Shown here piece after piece: positions 63,645 to 64,000 of a DNA stretch of 64,000 nt (the stretch's first letter is position 1; each line of letters begins with the position of its first letter). The stretch is from contig NW_005434583.1 of NCBI RefSeq assembly GCF_000315625.1, positions 213,031 to 277,030 on the forward strand, given 5' to 3'. The translations under genes were made by a program, and so were the position numbers. The notes under the pieces were generated by a model. The model saw only the letters and a program-made list of their open reading frames with translations. It had not been told where the DNA came from and ran no database searches. This DNA comes from Guillardia theta CCMP2712 (taxonomy: Eukaryota; Protista; Cryptophyta).

Positions 63645-64000
63645 GTTGTTTCCTGAATAGAGGAGGAGAGAGAAGGGGGGATTGGAGAGCTAGTGCACAT
63701 GATGCTTGTCTTAGACTTGGCGAGAGAGAACACGGCATAGGCCCTGGCTTTCTCCATCGCACGCTGCCACTCCCCGGCAGACATGGCAAGCACCTCCTTG
63801 CGGGCTGAAAGATGGTAGACCGTATTGCGAAACCTGAAAAGATGGTAGACCAGAGCCAAGTAATTTTTGGGTGGGGCAGGGTGGGGGCAATCTGGGGGAG
63901 TAAGGGGTGGAATCCCCTGATCTTGATGAGGGTGGGTGGTACTCAACTGGAATGTAGGGGTGAAATTTCATTACGAAAGGAGGGGTGAGGCAGGGACATG

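Overview
Intron-dense eukaryotic nuclear DNA with introns mostly 45-60 nt, many microsatellite-filled introns and four N-gaps. Bipartite signal+AF plastid-targeting peptides and the gene style suggest an alga with a red-derived complex plastid, most likely a cryptophyte such as Guillardia theta (inference, not verified). By manual splicing I reconstruct about 17 protein genes: a TPR/GT41 glycosyltransferase (3'-truncated), an organellar PolI-type DNA polymerase, a PKD2-like channel with CUB and C2 domains, a PB1-like protein, a tandem EF-hand/Cys-module protein, an F-box/LRR protein, a beta-helix+WW protein, a JmjN/JmjC pseudo-demethylase with a 4CXXC-like finger, Rpn13, a small membrane protein, an alpha/beta lipase, a signal-peptide protein with basic repeats, a PDZ protein, an Akr1-type ankyrin palmitoyltransferase, a Cys-rich membrane protein, a plastid methyltransferase and an adrenodoxin-type ferredoxin. 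I found no rRNA, tRNA, CRISPR array or recognisable transposon. The best leads are (1) a duplicated EF-hand-pair + H-x9-C-x3-C-x2-C module, (2) a plastid-targeted, apparently proofreading-dead bacterial-like PolI with an unknown N-terminal domain, and (3) two recurring classes of intergenic element: GGGGT/ACCCC blocks and CCGG/GAGTC islands. All gene models were spliced by eye, so their boundaries are approximate.
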